IMG/VR virus record: IMGVR_UViG_3300048839_000486
DNA from: an uncultured virus (IMG/VR IMGVR_UViG_3300048839_000486)
Lineage: Duplodnaviria; Heunggongvirae; Uroviricota; Caudoviricetes
DNA: 64,000 nt
Strand: one strand, 5' to 3'
Part shown: piece after piece, positions 1 to 8,288 of the stretch
How positions within the stretch are numbered: the first letter of the stretch is position 1
Layout of the letters: the number at the start of each line of letters is the position of its first letter
Translations under genes and position numbers: made by a program
The notes under the pieces: model-generated
Databases searched by the model: none
What the model was told of the DNA's origin: nothing
The model's input: only the letters and a program-made list of their open reading frames with translations

Positions 1-1
1 T

Positions 2-163
2 GATTCTTGTCAGAACTACTCCTTTCTTTCTTCACAGAACTCCCTTGAACATCTGAACTTTGGTCTTCACAAAACCCCTACCCCCCTGCCCCCCTCCCCC
101 CTCTCCGCTGGATCATATATAATCCGAAATCGAGAACACTCTATCAAGAGGGGAAAGCAGTGA
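2..163 (+). CDS. Possible 3' end of an upstream ORF truncated by the window edge
   Basis: Frame 2 is open from base 2 to TGA at 161-163 (..KTPTPLPPSP..RGKQ*), ending 1 nt before the next ATG. Confidence 0.3.
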   Translation, partial: DSCQNYSFLSSQNSLEHLNFGLHKTPTPLPPSPLSAGSYIIRNREHSIKRGKQ

Positions 164-164
164 G

Positions 165-1151
165 ATGCCGGACTGGAACGCTGAACTCGCCATCAGTATC
201 TGGAAGCAACTCCCCCGCGCCGGGAGCCTGAAGAAGTCCGACAAGGACTACATCATCCGGCAGTCCGAGAAGTACGCTTCAATCCCATGTGACGACCTTC
301 GCGCCGCGATGGTGTCCTATGCTGGCGCTGTCACTGAGAAGCCCCTCCCCCTTGCCCCGTTCTGGAACAACCCCCGCAAGTGGATACCCTCAGAAACGGC
401 CCAGGATGGCCTCTTTGTCACCGGGGCACATCCAACCCTGGCGGAAGTGGCAATGGACGCGCCACGGCCAGCCAGCGGCGGCGTTTTCGGGGTTCCTGCG
501 GCTGGCGGTGTCCCCGTCCCGGACTTGATCCGGCGATGGAACCAACTTTGCCCTTCCGCGCCGGCGACTGAGCGGATCGCGAACACTCCAGACTGGACGG
601 GTTGCCGGACATTGGCCGAATTGGTCGATGCGTGGGATGAGGTCGCCGCGAAGGCGCAATCGGTTCGCGAGGCATCCGACGCCGGATGGCTCAACCTCCC
701 TTTCCTGCTACGCACAAAAGCCGGGCTCGCGCAGGCGAACTGGCAGCGCCTGCTGGCTGGCGACTTCGACCCACGCGAGAAGCGCACAGGGGGCAGGGAT
801 GATGCGGCCCGCAGTGCGATGTCTGAATGGCTGGAAGCGATCGACGCCATCGAGCAGGAGTGGCTTTCCGCCGCGCATGACGCCGTGGGCGAGGTCGAGG
901 AGCGGCGCCGGCGCCGGGAGCACAACCAAACCTGGAGGGAGTCACAGGAGTCGGCGTACATGCAGGAGGTCGCGGAGCGGCGCCAGAGGTTTATCGACCA
1001 GAACCGCTTCCGCTATGTCGAGCAGGTCGTTGCGACGGGGTCAGCGATCGCATCACTGGCCCGCGTGTTTGACGCAGACCCGGAAGCGCAGCGGTTGATC
1101 CAGGCCCGGCTTCGCGCCCAATCTGGAGACCAGAAAGAGAGGGTGCAGTAA
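165..1151 (+). CDS. Putative phage replication initiator / replisome organiser
   Basis: 328 aa. WLNLPFLL...NWQRLLAGDFD resembles the conserved C-terminal motif of phage replication proteins. It is followed by a loader-like small gene. Confidence 0.5.
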   Translation: MPDWNAELAISIWKQLPRAGSLKKSDKDYIIRQSEKYASIPCDDLRAAMVSYAGAVTEKPLPLAPFWNNPRKWIPSETAQDGLFVTGAHPTLAEVAMDAPRPASGGVFGVPAAGGVPVPDLIRRWNQLCPSAPATERIANTPDWTGCRTLAELVDAWDEVAAKAQSVREASDAGWLNLPFLLRTKAGLAQANWQRLLAGDFDPREKRTGGRDDAARSAMSEWLEAIDAIEQEWLSAAHDAVGEVEERRRRREHNQTWRESQESAYMQEVAERRQRFIDQNRFRYVEQVVATGSAIASLARVFDADPEAQRLIQARLRAQSGDQKERVQ

Positions 1152-1435
1152 TGGGCATGGAGATGACCCAGGACAACGTGCGCACCGTCGCCGGGTTTCT
1201 TCGGGAGTACGCCTCACTGGACACGTTCGAGCGGGCTAACCCGATGAAGCGGCAGATCGTATCTCTGGCGATGAAGACCTACTTTTCCGCCTTTCAACGC
1301 ATCGAGGATGCCCGCCGGGTGCATGGGATTATCATGCGGAACGAGCTTGGATTCCCGCGCCCGGCGATCATCCGAAAATATATGCGGCTAGCGGGCATTC
1401 CAGAGGTTGACATCGACACTGATTTAGGGTTATAG
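1151..1435 (+). CDS. Hypothetical protein, possible helicase loader/inhibitor-like
   Basis: 94 aa, translationally coupled (TAATG). FPRPAIIR resembles the FP-x-PA motif of G39P-like proteins. Confidence 0.4.
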   Translation: MGMEMTQDNVRTVAGFLREYASLDTFERANPMKRQIVSLAMKTYFSAFQRIEDARRVHGIIMRNELGFPRPAIIRKYMRLAGIPEVDIDTDLGL

Positions 1436-1436
1436 T
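1407..1436 (+). promoter_or_regulatory. Sigma70-type promoter upstream of the integrase
   Basis: TTGACA (1407-1412) - 18 nt - TATAGT (1431-1436). Confidence 0.65.
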
Positions 1437-1467
1437 CGAGCAAAGGTTCTAGGAAGGAAGGTGAGTA

Positions 1468-2724
1468 GTGACGAAGGTGCAAGTCCTCGATGTGGCCCTG
1501 AATACAGGGGCTCCAGCGGTGGCGCCCTCGCGATCGGCGTTCAGTGGTCTCATCGGCATCATGCTGATGGAGGACGAAATGCGACGCAAGGGAAGCCAAG
1601 ACGGGTATCTCCGCGAAAGAAACGGGAACTGGTTCGTCCAGTTCCGAGAGTGGCGCCGGACGCTGCAAGGCAACCTCGAATACAAGCGGGTCGAGAAACT
1701 GGTTGGGCCGGCGAAGGGTTCCGAGAAGTTGAGCCGGGCGCGGGCGCGAGAAAAAGCCCGCGAAATGGTCGGCAAGGCGAACGGAGTCAACGCGAACCCC
1801 GGCGGAATGATCCAGTTTGGCGAGTTCTACGACTCCCACTATCGCCCGGACATCGAAATCAGGGCCTCGAAGAACTGGCAGAAATCAAAGGGCAGCATTG
1901 TGCAAAACCACATCCTGCCGACCTTCGAGAAGATGCCGCTAGGGGAAATCGACACCCGGCGGGTTCAGATGCTCCTCTCCGCCAAGGTAGACGCCGGGCT
2001 TTCTACTCAGACCATTGCGCATATCCGGAATTGCTTGAGCAGTATTCTGCGCCACGCCCGGCGGTGCAAATTCATCACCGGGCAACTCGCGACTGAAGAC
2101 TGCATCATCCCGGAGGTCCGGCACAAAGAACGCCGGGCTCTGACCCTGATCCAACTGCGGATGTTGGCTGAAGCGATGCCGCCGCGATGGCGGGCTCTCG
2201 TTCTCGTGATGGGACGGCACGGCCTCCGAATCGGCGAGGCGGCTGGATTGTGCTGGAAGGATGTGAACCTCACAGACGAGCCGATCATCAGCAACGGCGA
2301 ACTGATCCAGCCGAACAGCCTCTATGTCCGCTCCAACTGGACAGCGGGCGAACGGCGGGAGCCCAAAGCCAAGCAGCGCCGGCATATCCCCCTGGTAGCC
2401 GAAACGTGGGTCGCCCTCTCCCTCCACCTGGAAATCTCAAAGTGGACGGCGCCGGACTCCCCGGTTTTCGCCGGACACACCGGCAACCCAGTAGACGGGC
2501 ACAATGTTGCACGGCGCTCCCTCGCCACCGCCGCAACCTCAATCGGGACGCCATGGGTTACGTGGCATTCATTCCGCCACACGTCGGCAACACTCGCAGA
2601 TCGGGCCGGGTTGACGCCGGCTGAGAAGCAGAAGCTCTTGGGGCACCGGAACGCGGACATGACAATCCGCTACACGCATCCCGACATGGAGCGGGTCCGG
2701 GAGCAACTGGAGAGGGTGAACTGA
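1468..2724 (+). CDS. int: Tyrosine recombinase / phage integrase
   Basis: Catalytic motifs GLRIGEAAGL (R), HSFRH (HxxR), LLGH and TIRYTH (Y), preceded by arm-binding and core-binding-like regions. Confidence 0.95.
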   Translation: MTKVQVLDVALNTGAPAVAPSRSAFSGLIGIMLMEDEMRRKGSQDGYLRERNGNWFVQFREWRRTLQGNLEYKRVEKLVGPAKGSEKLSRARAREKAREMVGKANGVNANPGGMIQFGEFYDSHYRPDIEIRASKNWQKSKGSIVQNHILPTFEKMPLGEIDTRRVQMLLSAKVDAGLSTQTIAHIRNCLSSILRHARRCKFITGQLATEDCIIPEVRHKERRALTLIQLRMLAEAMPPRWRALVLVMGRHGLRIGEAAGLCWKDVNLTDEPIISNGELIQPNSLYVRSNWTAGERREPKAKQRRHIPLVAETWVALSLHLEISKWTAPDSPVFAGHTGNPVDGHNVARRSLATAATSIGTPWVTWHSFRHTSATLADRAGLTPAEKQKLLGHRNADMTIRYTHPDMERVREQLERVN

Positions 2725-2725
2725 T

Positions 2726-3115
2726 ATGAGTGACAAAGTGATCATCTACAGCGGCCAACATGGTGCGTATTGGGGACCAAACACCTGTGGGTATGTCTAC
2801 AGCCCTTTAGAAGCAGGGCTTTACACCCGCGAGGAGGCCGAGGGGCGAGTCAACGGATGCGGACCAGAGAAGAAGGTTGAGATCCGTCCGACGCCGGATG
2901 ACCACCCTGAAATTTTCAAGGCCCGCATCGCCGATCTCGAAGCCGACCTCGCCGCCGCGAAGGAGCGGGAGGAGTGGCTGTCGGTGGCGCTGGGTCCGTC
3001 CCGAACCCATATCACCCTAGCCCTACTGAGATCGAAAAACATGATTGAGGAGCATGTCAGAAAAATTAGCAACAAAACGCTGGACGCGGATGAGAAGGAG
3101 GTGTCCGGTGAGTGA
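2726..3115 (+). CDS. Hypothetical phage protein
   Basis: 129-aa ORF starting 1 nt after the int stop. Confidence 0.7.
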   Translation: MSDKVIIYSGQHGAYWGPNTCGYVYSPLEAGLYTREEAEGRVNGCGPEKKVEIRPTPDDHPEIFKARIADLEADLAAAKEREEWLSVALGPSRTHITLALLRSKNMIEEHVRKISNKTLDADEKEVSGE

Positions 3116-3275
3116 AGCGCACGAAGAGTGGGGCGAATGGGAATGCCCCGTCTGTGGATCTGAGCAGGAAGACCCCGGCGAGATCACGATGACCTCGTGC
3201 GCGAACGGGCACACTTGCCTCTTGGGGCCAGTGGAAGACGACGGGACTCGATGCGCCTGGGAGGAGGTCACTTAA
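3108..3275 (+). CDS. Small zinc-ribbon protein
   Basis: GTG start after AAGGAGG. Contains CPVC...CANGH. Confidence 0.55.
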   Translation: MSEAHEEWGEWECPVCGSEQEDPGEITMTSCANGHTCLLGPVEDDGTRCAWEEVT

Positions 3276-3776
3276 ATGCCCGGAGATAATTTTCACGTTG
3301 AGGTGCGAAGCGAAGGACGGAGCGACTTCGAGGCGGCGGTGCGGTTGGCGTGGTCAAGCCGATCCGGCGGCAAGGCTACACATTACGTCTCGCCTTTGCC
3401 GGAGGCGGGTTGCCTTGAATGCGTCAGCCGTGGGCACCGTGTTGCATGGAAGGACGGGGTGGCTATCGAGTACCCGTGCCGCACTTGCTGTGGTACGGGG
3501 AGGCGTAAAGCCAGGGCCGCGATGGTATTGCTGTGGAGTGAGGATTCCGTCAGAGATGTCAAGGCGTCCCCGCTACCATTCCCGCTGACTTGCGATGCCG
3601 CTGTCGATTTTCTGTGGGCATGGCTGCAAACTGCCGATTTTGGGGAAAAACCAGACCACGATGGTAGCAACCATCAGGGATTTGTTGTAACAACTGGCGA
3701 CTTTTGGGGCCACGTCGAGGGCAGTCGCTACGCTTTTTTGGGTGTATACCCAGACTGGCAGATGTACGGAAAGTGA
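3276..3776 (+). CDS. Hypothetical protein with CxxC...CxxCxGxG zinc-finger-like segment
   Basis: 166 aa. CLEC...CRTCCGTG. Confidence 0.65.
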   Translation: MPGDNFHVEVRSEGRSDFEAAVRLAWSSRSGGKATHYVSPLPEAGCLECVSRGHRVAWKDGVAIEYPCRTCCGTGRRKARAAMVLLWSEDSVRDVKASPLPFPLTCDAAVDFLWAWLQTADFGEKPDHDGSNHQGFVVTTGDFWGHVEGSRYAFLGVYPDWQMYGK

Positions 3777-3788
3777 AGGAGGTGCCCG

Positions 3789-4280
3789 GTGAATAACATC
3801 AGAAGCGCGGATCACGACCCAACCGAGCGGACGCCTGACGTGGACCTGCTGGTTGCGTCCCTTCATGCTGAGACCAAGCGACGGCAGGCGTTGGAACAGC
3901 GGATCGATGAACTGATCCCCCAACTCACCGCCGCAAACGAGCAGTGCGCGGCGCTGGCGGCGGGAATCCAGCGCGTCCGCCTTGAGTTGCTTGGGATGCT
4001 GCCGCTCATCCGCGAATGGGCTGGCTGCACAAACGCCGCAGTGGTCGAGCATTGGTTGGAACGGGCCATTACCGACCCCTCCGCGATCCTCGCCGCCCGC
4101 GACCGGCAGGCCAAGCGCGAGGCGCTGGTGGTGCAGCGTGAGCGGATCACGGGAGTAAAGATGCCGGACAGCTACCATCACGGACTTCAGGCGTTGGCCT
4201 TCCACCGTGGAGTTCACGCCGCTCTTGACGTTGTGGACGCCGCCCTCGCCGCGCTCGACGCGGAGGAGAAAACATCATGA
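3789..4280 (+). CDS. Hypothetical coiled-coil protein
   Basis: AAGGAGG RBS before the GTG start; 163 aa. Confidence 0.65.
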   Translation: MNNIRSADHDPTERTPDVDLLVASLHAETKRRQALEQRIDELIPQLTAANEQCAALAAGIQRVRLELLGMLPLIREWAGCTNAAVVEHWLERAITDPSAILAARDRQAKREALVVQRERITGVKMPDSYHHGLQALAFHRGVHAALDVVDAALAALDAEEKTS

Positions 4281-4966
4281 ATTTCGACATCGTAAAACTG
4301 AAATACCCGTCAGCCGTAGAGACTGACTGGCACCAGCACACTAACGGCGGCGGGTGGGTGGCGAATAGCGCCAGCGTGCCTGAGTCCGTGACCGTGCCTG
4401 AGTCGGCAGTCATCGGCGACGGCACGAGCATCGGCGACGGCGCGAGCATCGGCGACGGCGCGAGCATCGGCGACGGCACGAGCATCGGCGACGGCGCGAG
4501 CATCGGCGACGGCGCGAGCATCGGCGACGGCGCGAGCATCGGCGACGGCGCGAGCATCGGCGACGGCACGAGCATCGGCGACGGCGCGAGCATCGGCGAC
4601 GGCACGAGCATCGGCGACGGCGCGAGCATCGGCTACCGCGCGAGCATCGGCGACGGCACGAGCATCGGCGACGGCGCGAGCATCGGCAACGACGCGCGCA
4701 TCGGCGAGAGATACAGCGGAGGAATTCTCTTTATAGCGACCGCCACCGGCCATCCGATCACCGCTACGCGCGAAAACTCGCGCATGGTGCAGATCGGGTG
4801 CCGTCGGATGACGATCGAGCGGTGGATCGAGCACGCCGAGGAGATAGGGCGTAAGGAGCGTTACAGCACGGCCGCCATTGCCACCTATCGCGGGCTGCTG
4901 GCTGCGGTGCTGGCGTGGATGGATGCGCCGATCGACGCGGAGGAGGAGGAGGCCCGGAATGGCTGA
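4277..4966 (+). CDS. Hexapeptide-repeat (left-handed beta-helix-like) protein
   Basis: 16 x IGDG[AT]S-type repeats followed by a VQIGCRRMTIERW C-terminal domain. ATGA overlap with the upstream gene. Confidence 0.8.
   Translation: MNFDIVKLKYPSAVETDWHQHTNGGGWVANSASVPESVTVPESAVIGDGTSIGDGASIGDGASIGDGTSIGDGASIGDGASIGDGASIGDGASIGDGTSIGDGASIGDGTSIGDGASIGYRASIGDGTSIGDGASIGNDARIGERYSGGILFIATATGHPITATRENSRMVQIGCRRMTIERWIEHAEEIGRKERYSTAAIATYRGLLAAVLAWMDAPIDAEEEEARNG
4412..4699 (+). repeat. 18-bp coding tandem repeat, 16 copies (ATCGGCGACGGCRCGAGC)
   Basis: Directly visible; two copies are diverged (IGYRAS, IGNDAR). Confidence 0.95.
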
Positions 4967-5174
4967 CATGACCCCGCTGGAGCGGTTGAAGGCATGGGTA
5001 AACCAGTGTCCCGGTTACAGAACCGCAAAGATCACACTTTACGGAACGATCACGGCCGTCCGCATGGAAGACATTCAAGATCCTAACCTGGAAGCGTGTA
5101 GCAGCGATGAAGACCTCGACGCGGCTGTGGCGGCCGCGCTCGCGCAGGCGGAGGGGGTGCAGCGTGGCGCGTAG
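4959..5174 (+). CDS. Hypothetical protein
   Basis: ATG after GGAGG, overlapping the upstream stop (MADMTPLERL...). Confidence 0.6.
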   Translation: MADMTPLERLKAWVNQCPGYRTAKITLYGTITAVRMEDIQDPNLEACSSDEDLDAAVAAALAQAEGVQRGA

Positions 5175-5379
5175 CTTCCCCCATATCAGCGCCACGCGAC
5201 CAGTCAAGCACCCTGGTCCTCGGTGCGCCTTCTGCGGTGCCCTCGCAACGTGGACACTGGAGGTCCAGTACTCCATTTTTCGCGGGGACGACGAAAGCGT
5301 ACATACCTGCGACAAGTGCCGAGAGGCCAACCGAGTCGGCGACCCGCTCGTCGCCGCAGAGAAAGGAAAAAAGGGATGA
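5164..5379 (+). CDS. Small CxxC-CxxC zinc-finger protein
   Basis: CAFC...CDKC. GTG start overlapping the upstream gene. Confidence 0.55.
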   Translation: MARSFPHISATRPVKHPGPRCAFCGALATWTLEVQYSIFRGDDESVHTCDKCREANRVGDPLVAAEKGKKG

Positions 5380-5672
5380 TTACGGTTTACCGAGGCAGTG
5401 ATCGCGACAACGAACCACACGAGATGCAGTGCGAAGTGTTCGGCTACCCGAAGCGCACAACGTGCGGCGACCGGATGTTTGAAAACACGCACTTCCTCAC
5501 CCGCGCTGAGGCGTGGGAGTCGATACGACAGAGCGCGGAGGCGGAGATCAAGTGGGCGGCGGTCCAAGTGGAAGAGGCCGAGGAGTCCTTGGTGAGAGCG
5601 AAAGAACGCGCGGCGGTGGCAGCCGTCCGGATGGCAAAGGTTTTGGAGGGGTTGAAGCAGAGAGAGGAATGA
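5376..5672 (+). CDS. Hypothetical protein
   Basis: ATGA overlap; MITVYRG... Confidence 0.6.
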   Translation: MITVYRGSDRDNEPHEMQCEVFGYPKRTTCGDRMFENTHFLTRAEAWESIRQSAEAEIKWAAVQVEEAEESLVRAKERAAVAAVRMAKVLEGLKQREE

Positions 5673-5680
5673 GGTGTCAA

Positions 5681-5935
5681 GTGAGTGAAGAAGTTTTCAG
5701 GATCACATGGGAAGCACAGGACGGCTACGTCGGTGGCAGCCGCCCACATACAACCAAACTCAAGCTGGAGCACTTCGACGGAAGCGAGAGCGTGGACGAG
5801 ATCCGCGAGCAGATCCTGAACGAAATCCAGACGGACTTCGAGAGCAAGGTGACGCCCGGATACAGCGACTCCGATGTCGATGTCCTCGCCAGCCAGATCC
5901 ATGCGGCATTGCAGAAAGAGAGGGAGAAGGGGTGA
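5681..5935 (+). CDS. Hypothetical acidic protein
   Basis: GTG after GAGG (alternative ATG at 5669); fits the operon. Confidence 0.6.
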   Translation: MSEEVFRITWEAQDGYVGGSRPHTTKLKLEHFDGSESVDEIREQILNEIQTDFESKVTPGYSDSDVDVLASQIHAALQKEREKG

Positions 5936-6426
5936 TCCACCGGGACCGGCTTCACGTCGCCAACGAAATTCTTCGCATCTGCGCCCGGCACGGACGACGC
6001 TTTTTCTCTCAAGACGCCGACAATCTGACACCGATGGAGAATCCCAGCGTGAGCGAGTTTTTCGTCCACCCCCTCAACGGGAGACTCTACTACCGGGACA
6101 AGTGGCGAGGTGCGCAAATCTACGTCCACCACGATCCGCCGGCACGCGGCGCCAGTTGGGGTTGGAAGTTCAGCGATGGCGGCACGCTTTGGAGCCTATG
6201 CCGTGATCTCCGAGACTGGATACTTGGGAAGAAGGACTCCTTCAGTTCGGGTCACTTCGGGCCGTGGGCGGAATGGATTTGCGGCGGCGACCCCTGGGCC
6301 TACGGTGAGGACATGGAGAAGGTTCGGCAGGAGGTGAGAGCCCTCATGCTGGCATACACAATAGAGAAGCTAAAGAGCACAAAGGAAGAGCTAGCGCAGT
6401 GCCTGAAGGAGGTGGAGTGTGGTTAA
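5932..6426 (+). CDS. Hypothetical phage protein
   Basis: GTGA overlap; aromatic-rich domain (FSDGGTLWSL...DPWAYG). Confidence 0.65.
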   Translation: MIHRDRLHVANEILRICARHGRRFFSQDADNLTPMENPSVSEFFVHPLNGRLYYRDKWRGAQIYVHHDPPARGASWGWKFSDGGTLWSLCRDLRDWILGKKDSFSSGHFGPWAEWICGGDPWAYGEDMEKVRQEVRALMLAYTIEKLKSTKEELAQCLKEVECG

Positions 6427-7054
6427 ACGCACAGAGGACGATGCCCGAAAAGACCCGCAGCCGGGGGATGAGTTCCAGTATTCTCACGCGGGCCTAATCT
6501 ACTGGCGCAGCATTGTGCGGCTGACGTTTGACCTCAGAAAAAGGCGCGTCGTCAATTACCACGAACAAAACATCGACAACGAGGACTGGTATGCAGAGTG
6601 CCTACTGACCTCATGGCGGCGATGGGCCAAGCGTATCGGCGTGACGGTCGAGAGGGTGCAGCAAGCAGGAGGCGACGATGCGAACCGAGGACGACGCCCG
6701 CCGCGACCCAAGGAGGACGACGAGGCCGTCGTCAAAGAGTCCTTCCGGCGCTTGGCGAAGCAGGTAATCGAGTGGAGCGAAGAAGAAGACGACGACCTGG
6801 ACGAGGTCGCCGAACTGCTGGAGGACTGCGAAGATGACGACGGCTACCAGTTCGCCAGGAACCTCGAACGGGACCACGGATACTCGCCTGACTCGGAATT
6901 GGTCGAGATCCTGGATGGATACCTCGGATGCCTCCACAGCGCGCACATGGCGGCGGTTGCGAAGTGGCGGGAAGTCAACCGGGTGTCGGCGGAAGAGGAT
7001 CTGGAGATACAGGCCCGCGAGAAATCTGGCGAAAAGTCGGATAAAAGCGGATGA
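6419..7054 (+). CDS. Hypothetical protein
   Basis: 211 aa with a GGAGG RBS; ends inside the attP arm region. Confidence 0.65.
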   Translation: MVKRTEDDARKDPQPGDEFQYSHAGLIYWRSIVRLTFDLRKRRVVNYHEQNIDNEDWYAECLLTSWRRWAKRIGVTVERVQQAGGDDANRGRRPPRPKEDDEAVVKESFRRLAKQVIEWSEEEDDDLDEVAELLEDCEDDDGYQFARNLERDHGYSPDSELVEILDGYLGCLHSAHMAAVAKWREVNRVSAEEDLEIQAREKSGEKSDKSG

Positions 7055-7220
7055 CCGTAGCGTAAGTTCTTGATTTTTTTGGTCGAGCCGTTTGCCTCCG
7101 GAGCAAAAGGTCGCACGTTCGAATCGTGCCGGGCGTACCAAGAATCAAGGGCTTACCCGCCATCAAGGCGAGTAGGCCCTTTGTCTTTTCAGGGCAGAAG
7201 GTCGCCAAAAGTCGGATAAA
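7032..7220 (+). other. attP site: core is the 3' half of tRNA-Arg(CCG), with arm-type repeats and IHF-consensus sites
   Basis: 7091-7140 TTTGC-CTCCGGA-GCAAA-AGGTC-GCACG-TTCGAAT-CGTGC-CGGGCGT-ACCA gives the anticodon arm, T arm and CCA with no 5' acceptor or D arm. AAAAGTCGGATAAA is repeated at 7032-7045 and 7207-7220. WATCAANNNNTTR matches occur at 7063-7075 (-) and 7143-7155 (+). Confidence 0.85.
7147..7189 (+). terminator. Intrinsic terminator-like hairpin downstream of the att core
   Basis: AAGGGCTTACCCGCC-ATCAA-GGCGAGTAGGCCCTT followed by TGTCTTTT. Confidence 0.6.
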
Positions 7221-7279
7221 CGACGGATGGCGGCGGATGGGTGGCGAGGCTGGAGGTTGCAACGGAAGGAGTGTGCTAG

Positions 7280-7501
7280 ATGAGCGCGAAGTATAAAGGC
7301 TTCCATGTGCTCCTGGAGAAGGATATTCACCAAGAGGACTTCGAGGAGATCAGGCAGGCCGTACAGATGATAAAGGGCGTGCAGTCGGTTGAGCCGATCG
7401 ACGCCACATCGGAAGACTGGATGGCGCGGGACCGGGTGCGCAGTGAACTGGGCGCGAAGCTCGTTCACATCCTGTACTCGGATGCAAACAAGAAGGGGTA
7501 G
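7280..7501 (+). CDS. Hypothetical protein
   Basis: AAGGAG RBS; 73 aa. Confidence 0.7.
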   Translation: MSAKYKGFHVLLEKDIHQEDFEEIRQAVQMIKGVQSVEPIDATSEDWMARDRVRSELGAKLVHILYSDANKKG

Positions 7502-7504
7502 GGC

Positions 7505-7723
7505 ATGGCACAGCGTGAATTAGACGAAGGGTTTCGACGAGCAGGCCATTTTGTGCCCATCGTCGAAAACTACTTCAACCTATGGAACCGGATGACGGGG
7601 GATAGCACTGCCCGGCTGATCCGGCTGGCGGCTACACAGATGGCACAGGTGAAGGTGCTGAACCGCGAACTCGCAAGCGCCAGACGGGCACTGACGATCG
7701 AGAAGAAGAAGAGGAGAACCTAA
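7505..7723 (+). CDS. Hypothetical protein
   Basis: 72 aa, fits the operon. Confidence 0.55.
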   Translation: MAQRELDEGFRRAGHFVPIVENYFNLWNRMTGDSTARLIRLAATQMAQVKVLNRELASARRALTIEKKKRRT

Positions 7724-8070
7724 TGCAGATCATCGAGAGAACACTTGCCGAACACATCCGGCGTGGCGAGGAATTGTTTGGGTTGGACAGGTTCAAATGG
7801 AAATTTGTGTGTCCCGCCTGCGGGCACATCGCCTCCACCCAGGACTACAAGGACGCCGGCGCCCCGGAGTCGGCGGTTGGCTTCTCCTGCGTCGGGCGCT
7901 GGTCCGGGCAGAAGCGAGAAGCGTTTGACGACAAGGACAAGCCGGGACCGTGCAACTACGCCGGCGGCGGGCTCATCCGGCTGAGCCCCATCAAAATCAC
8001 GGATGCGCCGGGAGATCTGTATTTCGAGTTTGCGCCACCGGACCCGGCGACGGCAGGAGTCGCCGGATGA
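7723..8070 (+). CDS. Cys-rich phage protein (VVA0879-like)
   Basis: WKFVCPACGH...GFSCVGR...CNYAGGGL pattern. Confidence 0.65.
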   Translation: MQIIERTLAEHIRRGEELFGLDRFKWKFVCPACGHIASTQDYKDAGAPESAVGFSCVGRWSGQKREAFDDKDKPGPCNYAGGGLIRLSPIKITDAPGDLYFEFAPPDPATAGVAG

Positions 8071-8288
8071 GCACACCAGAACGAAGCACCGGGCTCAGTC
8101 TCGCCATTGCCCGCTGGCTGGAGCGGCCCCTGGCCGACATCCTCTTCGAGCGGGACATCGAAGACCCGGCAGTGATTGCGTGCCATATTGAGTGCGCCAA
8201 CTACTCCACCACTGGGCGCGGCCCAACACCCTACGACGCGGCCATAGATGCCGCAACCAAAGCAAAGGGGGACGGGATCGACTGGTGA
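8067..8288 (+). CDS. Hypothetical protein
   Basis: ATGA overlap; MSTPERS... Confidence 0.55.
   Translation: MSTPERSTGLSLAIARWLERPLADILFERDIEDPAVIACHIECANYSTTGRGPTPYDAAIDAATKAKGDGIDW

Noticed and set aside
4147..4969. Minus-strand repeat ORFs (MLAPSP.., ADARAV..)
   Set aside because: These are shadows of the stop-free 18-bp repeat; the + strand gene fits the operon.
7091..7140. Functional tRNA-Arg gene
   Set aside because: The 5' acceptor strand and D arm are missing; it is better explained as the attP core.
7146..7153. Match of array unit-18 spacer B reverse complement (CAAGGGCT) to attP
   Set aside because: A single 8-mer match is expected by chance in 64 kb, and the adjacent bases do not match spacer A.
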